Below are positions 1 to 8,814 of a DNA stretch of 64,000 nt, piece by piece. Location of the stretch: the IMG/VR virus record IMGVR_UViG_3300044724_003561; one strand, 5' to 3'. Both the position numbers and the translations under genes were made by a program. The notes under the pieces are model-generated. The model saw only the letters and a program-made list of their open reading frames with translations. It had not been told where the DNA came from and did no database searches. The number at the start of each line of letters is the position of its first letter. Position 1 is the stretch's first letter. Source of the DNA: an uncultured virus (IMG/VR IMGVR_UViG_3300044724_003561). Taxonomy: Duplodnaviria; Heunggongvirae; Uroviricota; Caudoviricetes.

Positions 1-413
1 AAAGTATCTATTGCTATTCTAGTTGCGTTTGGTTGTGTAGCAACAATATGTGTACCACTTCTTATATTTTTAGTTTCATCACAATACACAAAAACAACAG
101 GTGCTAGTATTTGAGAATTAGTTACAGTATATCTGTGGTCAGTTACAAACTTTTCAGCAGTTTCTCCAAATATTTTATCTGTTTGAGTATTTGTTTGAAA
201 GGTAAATAATTGTGTTAACTTATAAATTTCTCTTATAATTTTAGGATCAGTATATACTCTTAAACTATAATGTGTTTCGTTTTGCTTTGATGGTGAGTTA
301 GCTGCAACATAGATAAGTGTATCTAAATCTTTTTCTGAAACCATTTTATTCAAATCATAATTACGCTGTGCTTTTTTACATACGTCAATAGCATTCTCTA
401 TTTCATCATTCAT
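1..413 (-). CDS. Nitroreductase-family protein (partial, runs off window start)
   Basis: Not in ORF track; manual translation MNDEIENAIDVCKKAQRNYDLNKMVSEKDLDTLIYVAANSPSKQNETHYSLRV... shows the nitroreductase N-terminal R-x-Y/F and A-x-x-S/A-P-S-x-x-N pattern; frame stays open to position 1. Confidence 0.7.
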   Translation of the reverse strand, partial: MNDEIENAIDVCKKAQRNYDLNKMVSEKDLDTLIYVAANSPSKQNETHYSLRVYTDPKIIREIYKLTQLFTFQTNTQTDKIFGETAEKFVTDHRYTVTNSQILAPVVFVYCDETKNIRSGTHIVATQPNATRIAIDT

Positions 414-418
414 GTGTT

Positions 419-433
419 TATTTATTATAAATA
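419..433. promoter_or_regulatory. Back-to-back T4-type late promoter motifs (AATAAATA on -, TATAAATA on +)
   Basis: TATAAATA at 426-433 (+) and variant AATAAATA at 426-419 (-), between divergent genes. Confidence 0.6.
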
Positions 434-485
434 TTACTAACATAATCTTATATTAATTACCGAACATTGTAACAAGGAGAATAGT

Positions 486-743
486 ATGGCTAAAAAGCCT
501 AAGAAGATAACTATATCCTCTCTAAAAAAGAAGGCACCTAAAGTACCTCCTTTCACGTGTATAAAGATTGACAATGTTATAAGTAAATTAGAGAAGATTG
601 TAGAACGTAAAAAGACGTTAGATAAAAAACAACTAAAAGATTTAGTTAAGAAACTTGAAACATTAAGGGAGGCCAATGAGTCACTACGAGATAGTGGTAT
701 CTATTGGTACGAAAAATTAAAACTGTTATTAAAAACGAGGTAG
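486..743 (+). CDS. Hypothetical lysine-rich protein with coiled-coil
   Basis: 85-aa ORF, SD AAGGAG upstream, follows a late promoter motif. Confidence 0.75.
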   Translation: MAKKPKKITISSLKKKAPKVPPFTCIKIDNVISKLEKIVERKKTLDKKQLKDLVKKLETLREANESLRDSGIYWYEKLKLLLKTR

Positions 744-745
744 AT

Positions 746-820
746 ATGAATTACTACTTTACAGGTTGCATAATAATATTGTTTGTGTTACTCACGTTGA
801 TAGCTGCACCTATGTTATAA
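746..820 (+). CDS. Small hydrophobic (single-TM) peptide, 24 aa
   Basis: MNYYFTGCIIILFVLLTLIAAPML*, preceded by GAGGT; fills the gap between genes. Confidence 0.45.
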   Translation: MNYYFTGCIIILFVLLTLIAAPML

Positions 821-826
821 TAATGA

Positions 827-2068
827 TTAAAAGTTAGAGTGTACTAATTTCATCCAGTCATAGTTTCTGTGAATGGCATGAGTCGTGTATATTTTATTGT
901 TCTCAAAATCAATTGAAATTGTCTGACCACCATAACCGTCCATAACGAATATTGGTTTGTCAGCATATGTGTGAAACTGACCAGCATAATAAGTAGGGTT
1001 TGAAAATGCGTCTGTACTATTTCTATTTTTAGATTTACCTTTGTGTATTTTGTTTTCGTATAAATCTTTTAAGTATTGACCTTCACATGTATTATTATTC
1101 CAATCATCTAACATTGCAACAGCAATTCTTAAATAATCATATCTTGTTATGTAGAAAGAATAAGTTAATGATTCTGTTTTACTTGAAGCGTCTTCTTGTT
1201 TAAATAATTTTACATCATATTGTACGTTTACTTTTTCATTAAACAAATAATTTAATAATTTTTTAAAATCTTTATGACCCATTTTATGTAATAGGTAACT
1301 AGCAACAACGTTAGTATCAACGTTACTATAATTATAAACATTTTTACCTGGTGTTGTATTTTTAATTTCTCTTTTCATAATACTTTGTATAGTACTATTG
1401 TTAGGCCATTTCTTATAATCTTTATTATGATTTTTAGGATTACCACTTGCCATGTTTAATACATTTATTAACGTAGCGTTTTCATAATACGTATTATCAA
1501 ATATATCCCAATTCATTGTTTCATTAATACCTGATATATAACCTCTACAGATAGCATGACCTGTCATGTAAGATATAATAGACTTACCCATTGACATTGA
1601 TTGCCATTTAGTTTTGTCATTAAAATATTTACTATACTTTTCTGTTTTTTGATCTACTACAATTTGACCATCAGCAAAAGCAATATAACTTAATAGAGCA
1701 GTTGTGTTTAATTGTTCAGTTACAAATTTGTCTGTAGTAGTATTAGTATCAAAAATTTTGTACTCACCATCTGCCTTTATTGTAAATTTGTAACCTTTTC
1801 TTGTACTAGAGTCTTTTGAATATTTTTTAGCATAATGTTTCAATACTTTATCTGTTGGATTTGCCCATTCAGGTAATTCAACTTTGGATGTACTTGTATA
1901 TAATTTTTTAACTTTTTTGATTACTAATGTTTCGCCATCACAACCATTGACGTACCATATCTGACTATATTTTTGTTCATGTTTACAAACGTCATGTTCT
2001 TCAGCAAATACAGCAGCGGCAGAAAATATAAATGAAAATATTAATATTGTTATCCAAAGTCTAAACAT
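827..2068 (-). CDS. Exported serine hydrolase, beta-lactamase/PBP-like family
   Basis: Signal-peptide-like N-terminus; SxxK (SMGK), YxN (YSN) and C-terminal GYGGQ motifs. Confidence 0.8.
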   Translation of the reverse strand: MFRLWITILIFSFIFSAAAVFAEEHDVCKHEQKYSQIWYVNGCDGETLVIKKVKKLYTSTSKVELPEWANPTDKVLKHYAKKYSKDSSTRKGYKFTIKADGEYKIFDTNTTTDKFVTEQLNTTALLSYIAFADGQIVVDQKTEKYSKYFNDKTKWQSMSMGKSIISYMTGHAICRGYISGINETMNWDIFDNTYYENATLINVLNMASGNPKNHNKDYKKWPNNSTIQSIMKREIKNTTPGKNVYNYSNVDTNVVASYLLHKMGHKDFKKLLNYLFNEKVNVQYDVKLFKQEDASSKTESLTYSFYITRYDYLRIAVAMLDDWNNNTCEGQYLKDLYENKIHKGKSKNRNSTDAFSNPTYYAGQFHTYADKPIFVMDGYGGQTISIDFENNKIYTTHAIHRNYDWMKLVHSNF

Positions 2069-2343
2069 TATATTCCGTATTCGTTTAATCTGAAATCTAC
2101 AACAGGCATAAAGTCGTAGGCATATTCATAATCAGGTAAGGCACCTGACATTTTAACCAAAGTATCATTAGGTTTACGTTTATCAAAAAACTTTTGTAAA
2201 ACAGTTTTAAGATTTTCTGCCATTACGTTATGAATGTTTTTATTAAATTTACAAAACAATGATCCACAAACTACATTGACATCTGTAGCACCAACTTTCT
2301 TTGCAACGTTAATAATTTCATTTCTTAATTGTTCATTTGTCAT
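2068..2343 (-). CDS. Hypothetical protein
   Basis: 91-aa ORF, SD AGGAG, stop overlaps the next start. Confidence 0.7.
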   Translation of the reverse strand: MTNEQLRNEIINVAKKVGATDVNVVCGSLFCKFNKNIHNVMAENLKTVLQKFFDKRKPNDTLVKMSGALPDYEYAYDFMPVVDFRLNEYGI

Positions 2344-2361
2344 AATGTTCTCCTATGTTGG

Positions 2362-2724
2362 TTATTTTAAATATAAAGGTCCTGTCCATTGTATTGGATA
2401 GTTACCTGTTAATACGTTACCTCTAGCAGAGTTTAAAGCAGGTGCATTGTAACCAGCGGCTTTCAATATATCACCTTTCTTAAAATGTTTAAAGTCTTCT
2501 TTTGCAATAAAACAAAATACGCCGTTTTCTCTTACAACTTTAATATATTTTTTACCAGGTCTTATAGATATTTTACTATCCCAATTATCAACTTGTTCTT
2601 TAGAATAACCAGTTAATTCTTTGCCACCTATAGTTGACATTTTAATATAGTCTTGTTTAGCACCATCCATTAGATTTGTAATTCCTTCATCAAGTGTTTT
2701 TGCAGTTTGTGTTACCATAGTCAT
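2362..2724 (-). CDS. Conserved hypothetical phage protein
   Basis: GKKYIKVV...GDILKAAGYNAPA...ARGN resembles small early proteins of marine T4-like phages (recalled, not searched); SD AAGGA. Confidence 0.65.
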   Translation of the reverse strand: MTMVTQTAKTLDEGITNLMDGAKQDYIKMSTIGGKELTGYSKEQVDNWDSKISIRPGKKYIKVVRENGVFCFIAKEDFKHFKKGDILKAAGYNAPALNSARGNVLTGNYPIQWTGPLYLK

Positions 2725-2728
2725 AGTG

Positions 2729-2857
2729 TTATATATCCTTTTTAGTTTTCATTATTTGTATTACTTGAAATAAAGATTTTGTTTTAAGTAATTTGTTTCC
2801 ATAAGCAAGTCTTTTTTCAAGTTTTTTAATTGCAGTTTTTAATTGTTTATTATTCAT
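2729..2857 (-). CDS. Small basic hypothetical protein, 42 aa
   Basis: MNNKQLKTAIKKLEKRLAYGNKLLKTKSLFQVIQIMKTKKDI*; start overlaps the upstream stop (TAATG). Confidence 0.55.
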   Translation of the reverse strand: MNNKQLKTAIKKLEKRLAYGNKLLKTKSLFQVIQIMKTKKDI

Positions 2858-3066
2858 TATTTTACTTTTATTATACCAGTTTCTTGGTATGCCTTATAGT
2901 CGTTAATGATTTTATTAATTGCATTTTTCATATTAATGTCAATCATCTTTAAAAGAGTGTTATCAATTTCAATAACTTCTTTTATGTTTTTGTTTATTTT
3001 GTTTATTTGAGAATATGCAACGTTTCTAACAATTGCCATATTCATATTTGTGTTTTTGTTTTTCAT
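2857..3066 (-). CDS. Hypothetical protein, first gene of the putative early cassette
   Basis: 69-aa ORF directly after a sigma70-like promoter. Confidence 0.65.
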   Translation of the reverse strand: MKNKNTNMNMAIVRNVAYSQINKINKNIKEVIEIDNTLLKMIDINMKNAINKIINDYKAYQETGIIKVK

Positions 3067-3074
3067 ATACTACT

Positions 3075-3103
3075 AATATACCGTATTTTTATGTAAAAAT
3101 CAA
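3075..3103 (-). promoter_or_regulatory. Sigma70-like (early) promoter
   Basis: Minus strand TTGATT-17 nt-TATATT; ATG of the 69-aa ORF lies 8 nt after the -10 box. Confidence 0.65.
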
Positions 3104-3186
3104 CAAAAAAATGGAATATTTGTCCGATTCTTCCGTAGCTTGTCGGCATTTTGGCACATATAGAACAAAAGTAGAACAAAAACCGT

Positions 3187-3194
3187 TATAAATA
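3187..3194 (+). promoter_or_regulatory. T4-type late promoter
   Basis: TATAAATA ahead of the baseplate block. Confidence 0.75.
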
Positions 3195-3223
3195 GTAGAA
3201 ATTAACTAAAAATTGAGGAAATT

Positions 3224-3430
3224 ATGGCAAAAATGCGTGAATTTCTGTTCTGGAACGAATCAGGACAAGAGGAAAAGAAAGAAGATACAAGTTTTAAGAA
3301 GGCTGTTAAGTCAATCCAAGAAAAATTTAAGAATCAGTTGATTGGATATGAATATATTAGTAAAAAAGGCAAAAAAATTGTGTCTTCAATACAATTACCA
3401 CTTGGTAGAAAGAAAAAAATAGGTAGATAA
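3224..3430 (+). CDS. Small basic hypothetical protein
   Basis: 68-aa ORF, SD GAGGA. Confidence 0.7.
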   Translation: MAKMREFLFWNESGQEEKKEDTSFKKAVKSIQEKFKNQLIGYEYISKKGKKIVSSIQLPLGRKKKIGR

Positions 3431-3579
3431 TGGCAAAAATGAGTAAAACCTTTGTTGCAAGGGAAAAATCTTACAAAAAAACTTCACAAAGTAAGAAAAA
3501 AAGAAGTGTGAAGTTTGGATCAATGAATAAATCTAAAAAACGTAGTTGGAAACACTATAACGGTCAAGGAAAAAGGTAA
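3430..3579 (+). CDS. Small very basic protein, 49 aa
   Basis: MAKMSKTFVAREKSYKKTSQSKKKRSVKFGSMNKSKKRSWKHYNGQGKR*; TAATG coupling; resembles the K/R-rich peptide ending YxGQG near gp25 in marine T4-like phages (recalled). Confidence 0.65.
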   Translation: MAKMSKTFVAREKSYKKTSQSKKKRSVKFGSMNKSKKRSWKHYNGQGKR

Positions 3580-3580
3580 A

Positions 3581-3883
3581 ATGGCGGCAAGAGAAGGAGA
3601 TTTGTTAACTACAGGACACGCTTGCGATGGAACCACTAATTTAGCGATCTCTTTAGTAAGAACAGTAAAGGCAAACGGTATCTATGGTGCTGTTCAAGGC
3701 ACACCTACAGTAACACACCTAGTTCCACCTATTTTACCACCTTGTTCATCACATGTTGCCTTTTTAAACAAAGGATCATCAAACGTAAAGATAGGTGGTA
3801 TACCTTGGGGTCGTACAACTGATAGTGCTGATTCAGGTGCAATGTTACTCACTTCTCTAAATGTATTAGTAAATGGTCTGTAA
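3581..3883 (+). CDS. gp5.4: PAAR-domain spike tip protein (T4 gp5.4-like)
   Basis: MAAREGD...GH.C, GSSNVKIGG, conserved His residues; directly upstream of gp25. Confidence 0.8.
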   Translation: MAAREGDLLTTGHACDGTTNLAISLVRTVKANGIYGAVQGTPTVTHLVPPILPPCSSHVAFLNKGSSNVKIGGIPWGRTTDSADSGAMLLTSLNVLVNGL

Positions 3884-3888
3884 AGTCA

Positions 3889-3896
3889 TATAAATA
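3889..3896 (+). promoter_or_regulatory. T4-type late promoter
   Basis: TATAAATA, 5 nt before the gp25 ATG. Confidence 0.75.
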
Positions 3897-3901
3897 TAGT
3901 T

Positions 3902-4333
3902 ATGGCCTATTCAAACTATGACGCAAGTACAACGAATCAAAGTAAACGATCAAATCGTATTTACAAAGATTTAAATTTAAACTTTACTAAAAATCCAGCA
4001 ACTAAAGATGTTGCAAGATTATTTGATGTACAGGCAATTAAGAGAGCTGTTAAGAATATAATCTTAACAAACAAATACGAAAAACCTTTTAATTCTGACT
4101 TTGGTTGTAATTTAAGAGGTTTCTTATTTGAGAACATGACCGAACCTATGATGGTAATCATCAAAGATAGGGTCGCAATGGCAATTGAGAAATATGAACC
4201 TAGAGTTTCAGTAGAAGATGTAGTTGTTCAGGAAGATGAAAACAATAATGGGTTAGATATTATGGTTTCATTTTTAATTAATGGTGCAGAAGCGCCTATA
4301 TCAGTATCAACATTTTTACAAAGAGTAAGATAA
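3902..4333 (+). CDS. gp25: Baseplate wedge subunit gp25
   Basis: YKDLNLNF, AIKRAVKNIILT...EKPF...FG, YEPRV motifs. Confidence 0.93.
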   Translation: MAYSNYDASTTNQSKRSNRIYKDLNLNFTKNPATKDVARLFDVQAIKRAVKNIILTNKYEKPFNSDFGCNLRGFLFENMTEPMMVIIKDRVAMAIEKYEPRVSVEDVVVQEDENNNGLDIMVSFLINGAEAPISVSTFLQRVR

Positions 4334-4334
4334 G

Positions 4335-6191
4335 ATGGCACAACACAAATTAGAAATTTCAGAATTAGATTTTGAAAATATAAAAGGTTCACTCAAAAGA
4401 TTTTTAGCAAATCAAAACGAATTTAAAGATTACGACTTTGAAGGTAGTTCAATGGCAATATTGCTTGACCTACTTGCTTACAATACACATTACTTGGCTT
4501 ACAATGCAAACTTTGTAGCAAACGAAATGTTTATGGACACAGCACAGTTAAGATCAAGTGTTGCGTCATTGGCTAAATTAGTAGGATACACACCTAACTC
4601 TGCTAGAGCACCAATCGCTGATTTAAAATTAGTAATCAACGATGGTACAGGTGCTTCAATTACAATTCCTGCAGGTACAAAATTTACTTCATCAATAGAT
4701 GGTTTAACTTACACGTTTGTTTCAGTATCAGATAAAGTTGTACAACCAATTGATGGTATTTACACAGCACAAAGTTTAAATGTTTACGAAGGTACATATG
4801 TTACCTATGCTTACACATATGACAGCCAAGATATAGATCAAAGATTTTTAATACCTAGTGACAGAGCAGATACAACTACAATAAAAGTTGTAGTGCAAAA
4901 TAGTGCTTCAGATGTAACACAAAACACGTACACTAAAGCAAGTTCAATAACAGAATTAGATAGTACATCAAAAGTTTATTTCTGCCAAGAGGCTGAAGAC
5001 GGTCAATTTGAAATTTACTTTGGTGATGGTGTAATTGGTAAATCATTAGACGATGGTAACATAATTAGTATTAGTTATGTTGTTACAAACAAAACAGAAG
5101 CTAACGGTGCAACTGCATTTACATTATCAGGTTCTATTTCTGGATTTACAGACGTAACTATAACTGTTAACTCATCAGCACAAGGTGGTGCTGAACCTGA
5201 AAGTTTACAAAGTATAAAATTCAATGCACCTAATTTTTATGCGTCACAAGACAGAGCAGTTACAATAGAAGATTATAAATCAAAAGTAAAACAACTTTAT
5301 GCTAACACACAATCAGTTAGTGCTTGGGGTGGTGAAGACGCTGAAACGCCATTCTATGGTAGAGTTTATCTTTCTATTTTACCAACAAGCGGTTCTAATC
5401 TTACAGACGCTACAAAAGATAAAATAGTAAAAAATTTAAAAAAATATTCAGTTGCTTCAGTTACACCAGTTATCATTGATCCTGAAACAACAGATATATT
5501 AATTACATCTAACGTTAAGTTTAATGCGGCAACAACACCTAAAACTGCTGACACAATTAAATCAAACGTTGTTACAACAATAACAGATTACAACGCAAAT
5601 ACTTTACAATCATTTGATACTATTTTTAGATATTCTAAATTAACAGGATTGATTGATGAAACAGATGAAAGTATTTTATCAAACATAACTACAATTAAAA
5701 TGAGAAAGTCTTTTGTACCAACATTAGGCAGTTCTACAAAATATACAATTAACTTTGCAAACGCATTATTCAATCCACATTCAGGTCACAATTCTGCTTC
5801 TGGTGGTATTTTAGAATCAACAGGATTTAAAATTGATGGCGACACTACAAACATTTGGTTTTTAGATGATGATGGACAAGGTAATGTAAGAAGATATAGA
5901 AATGATGGTTCTGTAAGATCATATGCTAACAGTTCACAAGGTACAATAGATTACTCAACAGGTAAAGTTGAAGTAAACTCTTTAAATGTTTCTAATATAG
6001 AAAACGTAAGAGGTGCAGCTTCAACAGTTATAGAAGTTACGGTTAAACCTAACTCAAACGATATTGTTCCTATCAGAAATCAAGTATTAGATATTGATGT
6101 TGCAAACAGTTCAGTTACAGTTGAGGCTGATACATTAGCGGGAGGCTCAGCAAACGCTGGTATAGGATATACCACGACTAGTAGTTATTAG
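4335..6191 (+). CDS. gp6: Baseplate wedge subunit gp6
   Basis: LDFENIK, FKDYDFEGS, LAYNTHY, YFGDG, QDRAVT motifs. Confidence 0.95.
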   Translation: MAQHKLEISELDFENIKGSLKRFLANQNEFKDYDFEGSSMAILLDLLAYNTHYLAYNANFVANEMFMDTAQLRSSVASLAKLVGYTPNSARAPIADLKLVINDGTGASITIPAGTKFTSSIDGLTYTFVSVSDKVVQPIDGIYTAQSLNVYEGTYVTYAYTYDSQDIDQRFLIPSDRADTTTIKVVVQNSASDVTQNTYTKASSITELDSTSKVYFCQEAEDGQFEIYFGDGVIGKSLDDGNIISISYVVTNKTEANGATAFTLSGSISGFTDVTITVNSSAQGGAEPESLQSIKFNAPNFYASQDRAVTIEDYKSKVKQLYANTQSVSAWGGEDAETPFYGRVYLSILPTSGSNLTDATKDKIVKNLKKYSVASVTPVIIDPETTDILITSNVKFNAATTPKTADTIKSNVVTTITDYNANTLQSFDTIFRYSKLTGLIDETDESILSNITTIKMRKSFVPTLGSSTKYTINFANALFNPHSGHNSASGGILESTGFKIDGDTTNIWFLDDDGQGNVRRYRNDGSVRSYANSSQGTIDYSTGKVEVNSLNVSNIENVRGAASTVIEVTVKPNSNDIVPIRNQVLDIDVANSSVTVEADTLAGGSANAGIGYTTTSSY

Positions 6192-6196
6192 ATGAA

Positions 6197-8791
6197 ATGG
6201 CCGACTTTAAAGATAAAATATCAAACCTTATAAATTCACAAGTACCTGATTTTGTACTTGAAGACCACCCATTATTTTTAGATTTTGTAAAAGCATATTA
6301 TCAGTTGATGGAATCAGCTGAGATTACATTAACAAACATTGGCGATCCAGATCATTTAGTATTAGAAGGTTCAACAGCTGCAAAGATTGTACTTGATGGT
6401 ACAAACGTAAGTAAAGATGATGGTGACGATAACGTTCTTTTAGAAGACACAAGTTATGGTGATTTTATAAACGGCGAAACTATTACAGGTTCTATATCTG
6501 GTGCAACGACAACGGTAATAATAGAAGACGTTGATGGTGGTGGTCGTTTGTTTGTTGCTCATCAAAATAAATTTATAGAAGGTGAATTAATTACAGGTTC
6601 AACTTCAGGTGCTCAGGCAACCATCGGTAAGTACAGAGCAAACCCAGTTCAAAATATTCAACAACTTTTAGATTACGCTGACGTAGATAAAACTATATCA
6701 GGTTTCTTATCTAAATTTAGAAACGCATTTTTAACAAGTGTACCTGATAGATTATATACAGGTATAGATAAAAGAAATCTTACAAAAAATATTAAATCAT
6801 TGTATCAGGCAAAAGGTACAAAACGTGCAAGTGAAATATTTTTTAAATTACTTTTAAATGAAGACGCTGAAATAAGATACCCTAAAGATGAGATGTTAAG
6901 GGTGTCTGATGGTAAATGGGATACTAAAAAAATAATTCGTTGTTTAGCATTAGGTAATTCAGAACCTTCAAATCTTATAGGTCAAACAATCACACAGGAA
7001 AATGATCCAGTTAGTGCTTCAGTAAATGAAGCAACTGCAATTGTAGAAGACGTATTTAAATTTTTAATAGGTGGTGTAGAAGTTACTGAATTGGTTGTTG
7101 GTGATGATTCTGTTTCTGGTACTTTTGTTGCTGATCAAACAATTACAGGTACAGATAATACAGACGCTGATGTTTTAGTTTCATTAACAGTTTCAGAAAT
7201 TATAGATCAAAAAACAATTACAAATGATGGTGCATTATATAACGCAGATGACCAAGTAGAAATAACAGCAGGTGGTACAGGTGCAAATGTTAAAGTTGGT
7301 ACAATAGGTCCTGGTACAATACAAGAAGTATTAGTAGATACAGGTGGTACAGGTTACGCTGTAGGTGATACCATAAACTTTGGCACAGGAAATGCGACTG
7401 CAAGAGTATCAGTTGTAAATGGTGGTGTTACATTAGAGTCTGGTACAGGTACAGGTCAATTAATATTAGAAGATGAAACAGGTAAGAATGACCAATATTT
7501 TGGTAACAAAGTTGTACAAGAAGCGGGTTCAGGTAACGAAGATATTACAGATGTTAGAATGATTGAATTTGGTAATGGTTATACATCTTTACCTAGTGTG
7601 ACGGTTACGTCATCTGGTGGTAGTGGTGCAAAACTATTAGCATATGGTTCCGAAATAGGACGTGCATTAACAATGAAAGTAATTGAGTCTGGTTATAATT
7701 ATCAAGCAAGTCCTGCACCAACAATAAAGTTACCAACTTATATTTTATACAATGGTCTTTCAGGTGGTTTAAGTGAAGGAGAAACAATAACTGGTGGTAC
7801 TAGTAGTGTTACTGCTGAGATAGTTTCTATAGATACGGATTTGAATATTGTAAAAGCAAAAAATCATAGTGGATCATTTGTAGAGGGAGAAACAATTACT
7901 GGTGGTAATGGCGCTACATTTACTGCATTAAGATTACAACAAGCAACTGGTACAGTTTCAATAGGTACAGTTGTAACTACAGATGGTACTTTTATAAACG
8001 AAGATGGTTGGGTATCTGAAAACTCAATGAAAATACAAGACAGTTTATTATACCAAGATTATTCATATATCATAAAAGTTGGTAGATCAATTAATGAATG
8101 GCGTGACGCATATGTAAAAACTTTACACTCTGCTGGTTTTTATTTTCAAGGTGAGATTGCCATACAGTCAAGTTTAAATGCTCAGATTAGAAGAATAACT
8201 GGAGTAAACTCTGGTGTAGAAGGTATCTTAAAAACTCTACTTATAAGAATTTACTCAAAACTTGTTGGTCGTAGATTAGGTACAGAATCAGATGGTACAA
8301 GTTTAAGAGCAAACGCAAACGAAGTAGTATCTGCTGACTTTGATACAGATACAATTTCACAGTTTAGTAAAACAACAAGAGATGTAACTTTAAAAACACA
8401 ACCACTTGTAATAGATTATGTAAGTAGAGTTAGAAGAAATTTATCCAACTCATCAGGTGACTTAGTAAATGTAAGACAAGGATTTGCATATGCAGGACCA
8501 AGATTTGGTGTTTTAAATAGATTTATTAATACTGCATTTGGAGTTACTGCAAACAATTCATTTAGTAGTAGTGGTATTACTTTTGCAATATTAAATGATA
8601 TAAAAGTTCAAGGTACAAGAACATCTTTAGACGGTTCAAATGCAATCTTTTTAATGACTTCAAGTGCTGAAGGAAGAAAACTTAAAACAAATTTTACAAT
8701 TCCTGCACAAATCGGTGATACATCAGGTAATACTATGGATGAAACAATAACAACATTTGATAATACTAATATTACAATGGATGTAGGATAA
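6197..8791 (+). CDS. gp7: Baseplate wedge initiator, gp7-like
   Basis: QVPDFV...FVKAYY N-terminus, KNIKSLYQAKGT, IQDSLLYQDYSYIIK, LHSAG; lies between gp6 and gp8. Confidence 0.75.
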   Translation: MADFKDKISNLINSQVPDFVLEDHPLFLDFVKAYYQLMESAEITLTNIGDPDHLVLEGSTAAKIVLDGTNVSKDDGDDNVLLEDTSYGDFINGETITGSISGATTTVIIEDVDGGGRLFVAHQNKFIEGELITGSTSGAQATIGKYRANPVQNIQQLLDYADVDKTISGFLSKFRNAFLTSVPDRLYTGIDKRNLTKNIKSLYQAKGTKRASEIFFKLLLNEDAEIRYPKDEMLRVSDGKWDTKKIIRCLALGNSEPSNLIGQTITQENDPVSASVNEATAIVEDVFKFLIGGVEVTELVVGDDSVSGTFVADQTITGTDNTDADVLVSLTVSEIIDQKTITNDGALYNADDQVEITAGGTGANVKVGTIGPGTIQEVLVDTGGTGYAVGDTINFGTGNATARVSVVNGGVTLESGTGTGQLILEDETGKNDQYFGNKVVQEAGSGNEDITDVRMIEFGNGYTSLPSVTVTSSGGSGAKLLAYGSEIGRALTMKVIESGYNYQASPAPTIKLPTYILYNGLSGGLSEGETITGGTSSVTAEIVSIDTDLNIVKAKNHSGSFVEGETITGGNGATFTALRLQQATGTVSIGTVVTTDGTFINEDGWVSENSMKIQDSLLYQDYSYIIKVGRSINEWRDAYVKTLHSAGFYFQGEIAIQSSLNAQIRRITGVNSGVEGILKTLLIRIYSKLVGRRLGTESDGTSLRANANEVVSADFDTDTISQFSKTTRDVTLKTQPLVIDYVSRVRRNLSNSSGDLVNVRQGFAYAGPRFGVLNRFINTAFGVTANNSFSSSGITFAILNDIKVQGTRTSLDGSNAIFLMTSSAEGRKLKTNFTIPAQIGDTSGNTMDETITTFDNTNITMDVG

Positions 8792-8793
8792 CA

Positions 8794-8801
8794 TATAAAT
8801 A
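8794..8801 (+). promoter_or_regulatory. T4-type late promoter
   Basis: TATAAATA in intergenic gap. Confidence 0.75.
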
Positions 8802-8814
8802 GTAAGAGAGAGAT

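Noticed and set aside
827..2068. Antibiotic-resistance beta-lactamase
   Set aside because: SxxK/YxN motifs are shared by esterases, amidases and carboxypeptidases; nothing specifically indicates resistance
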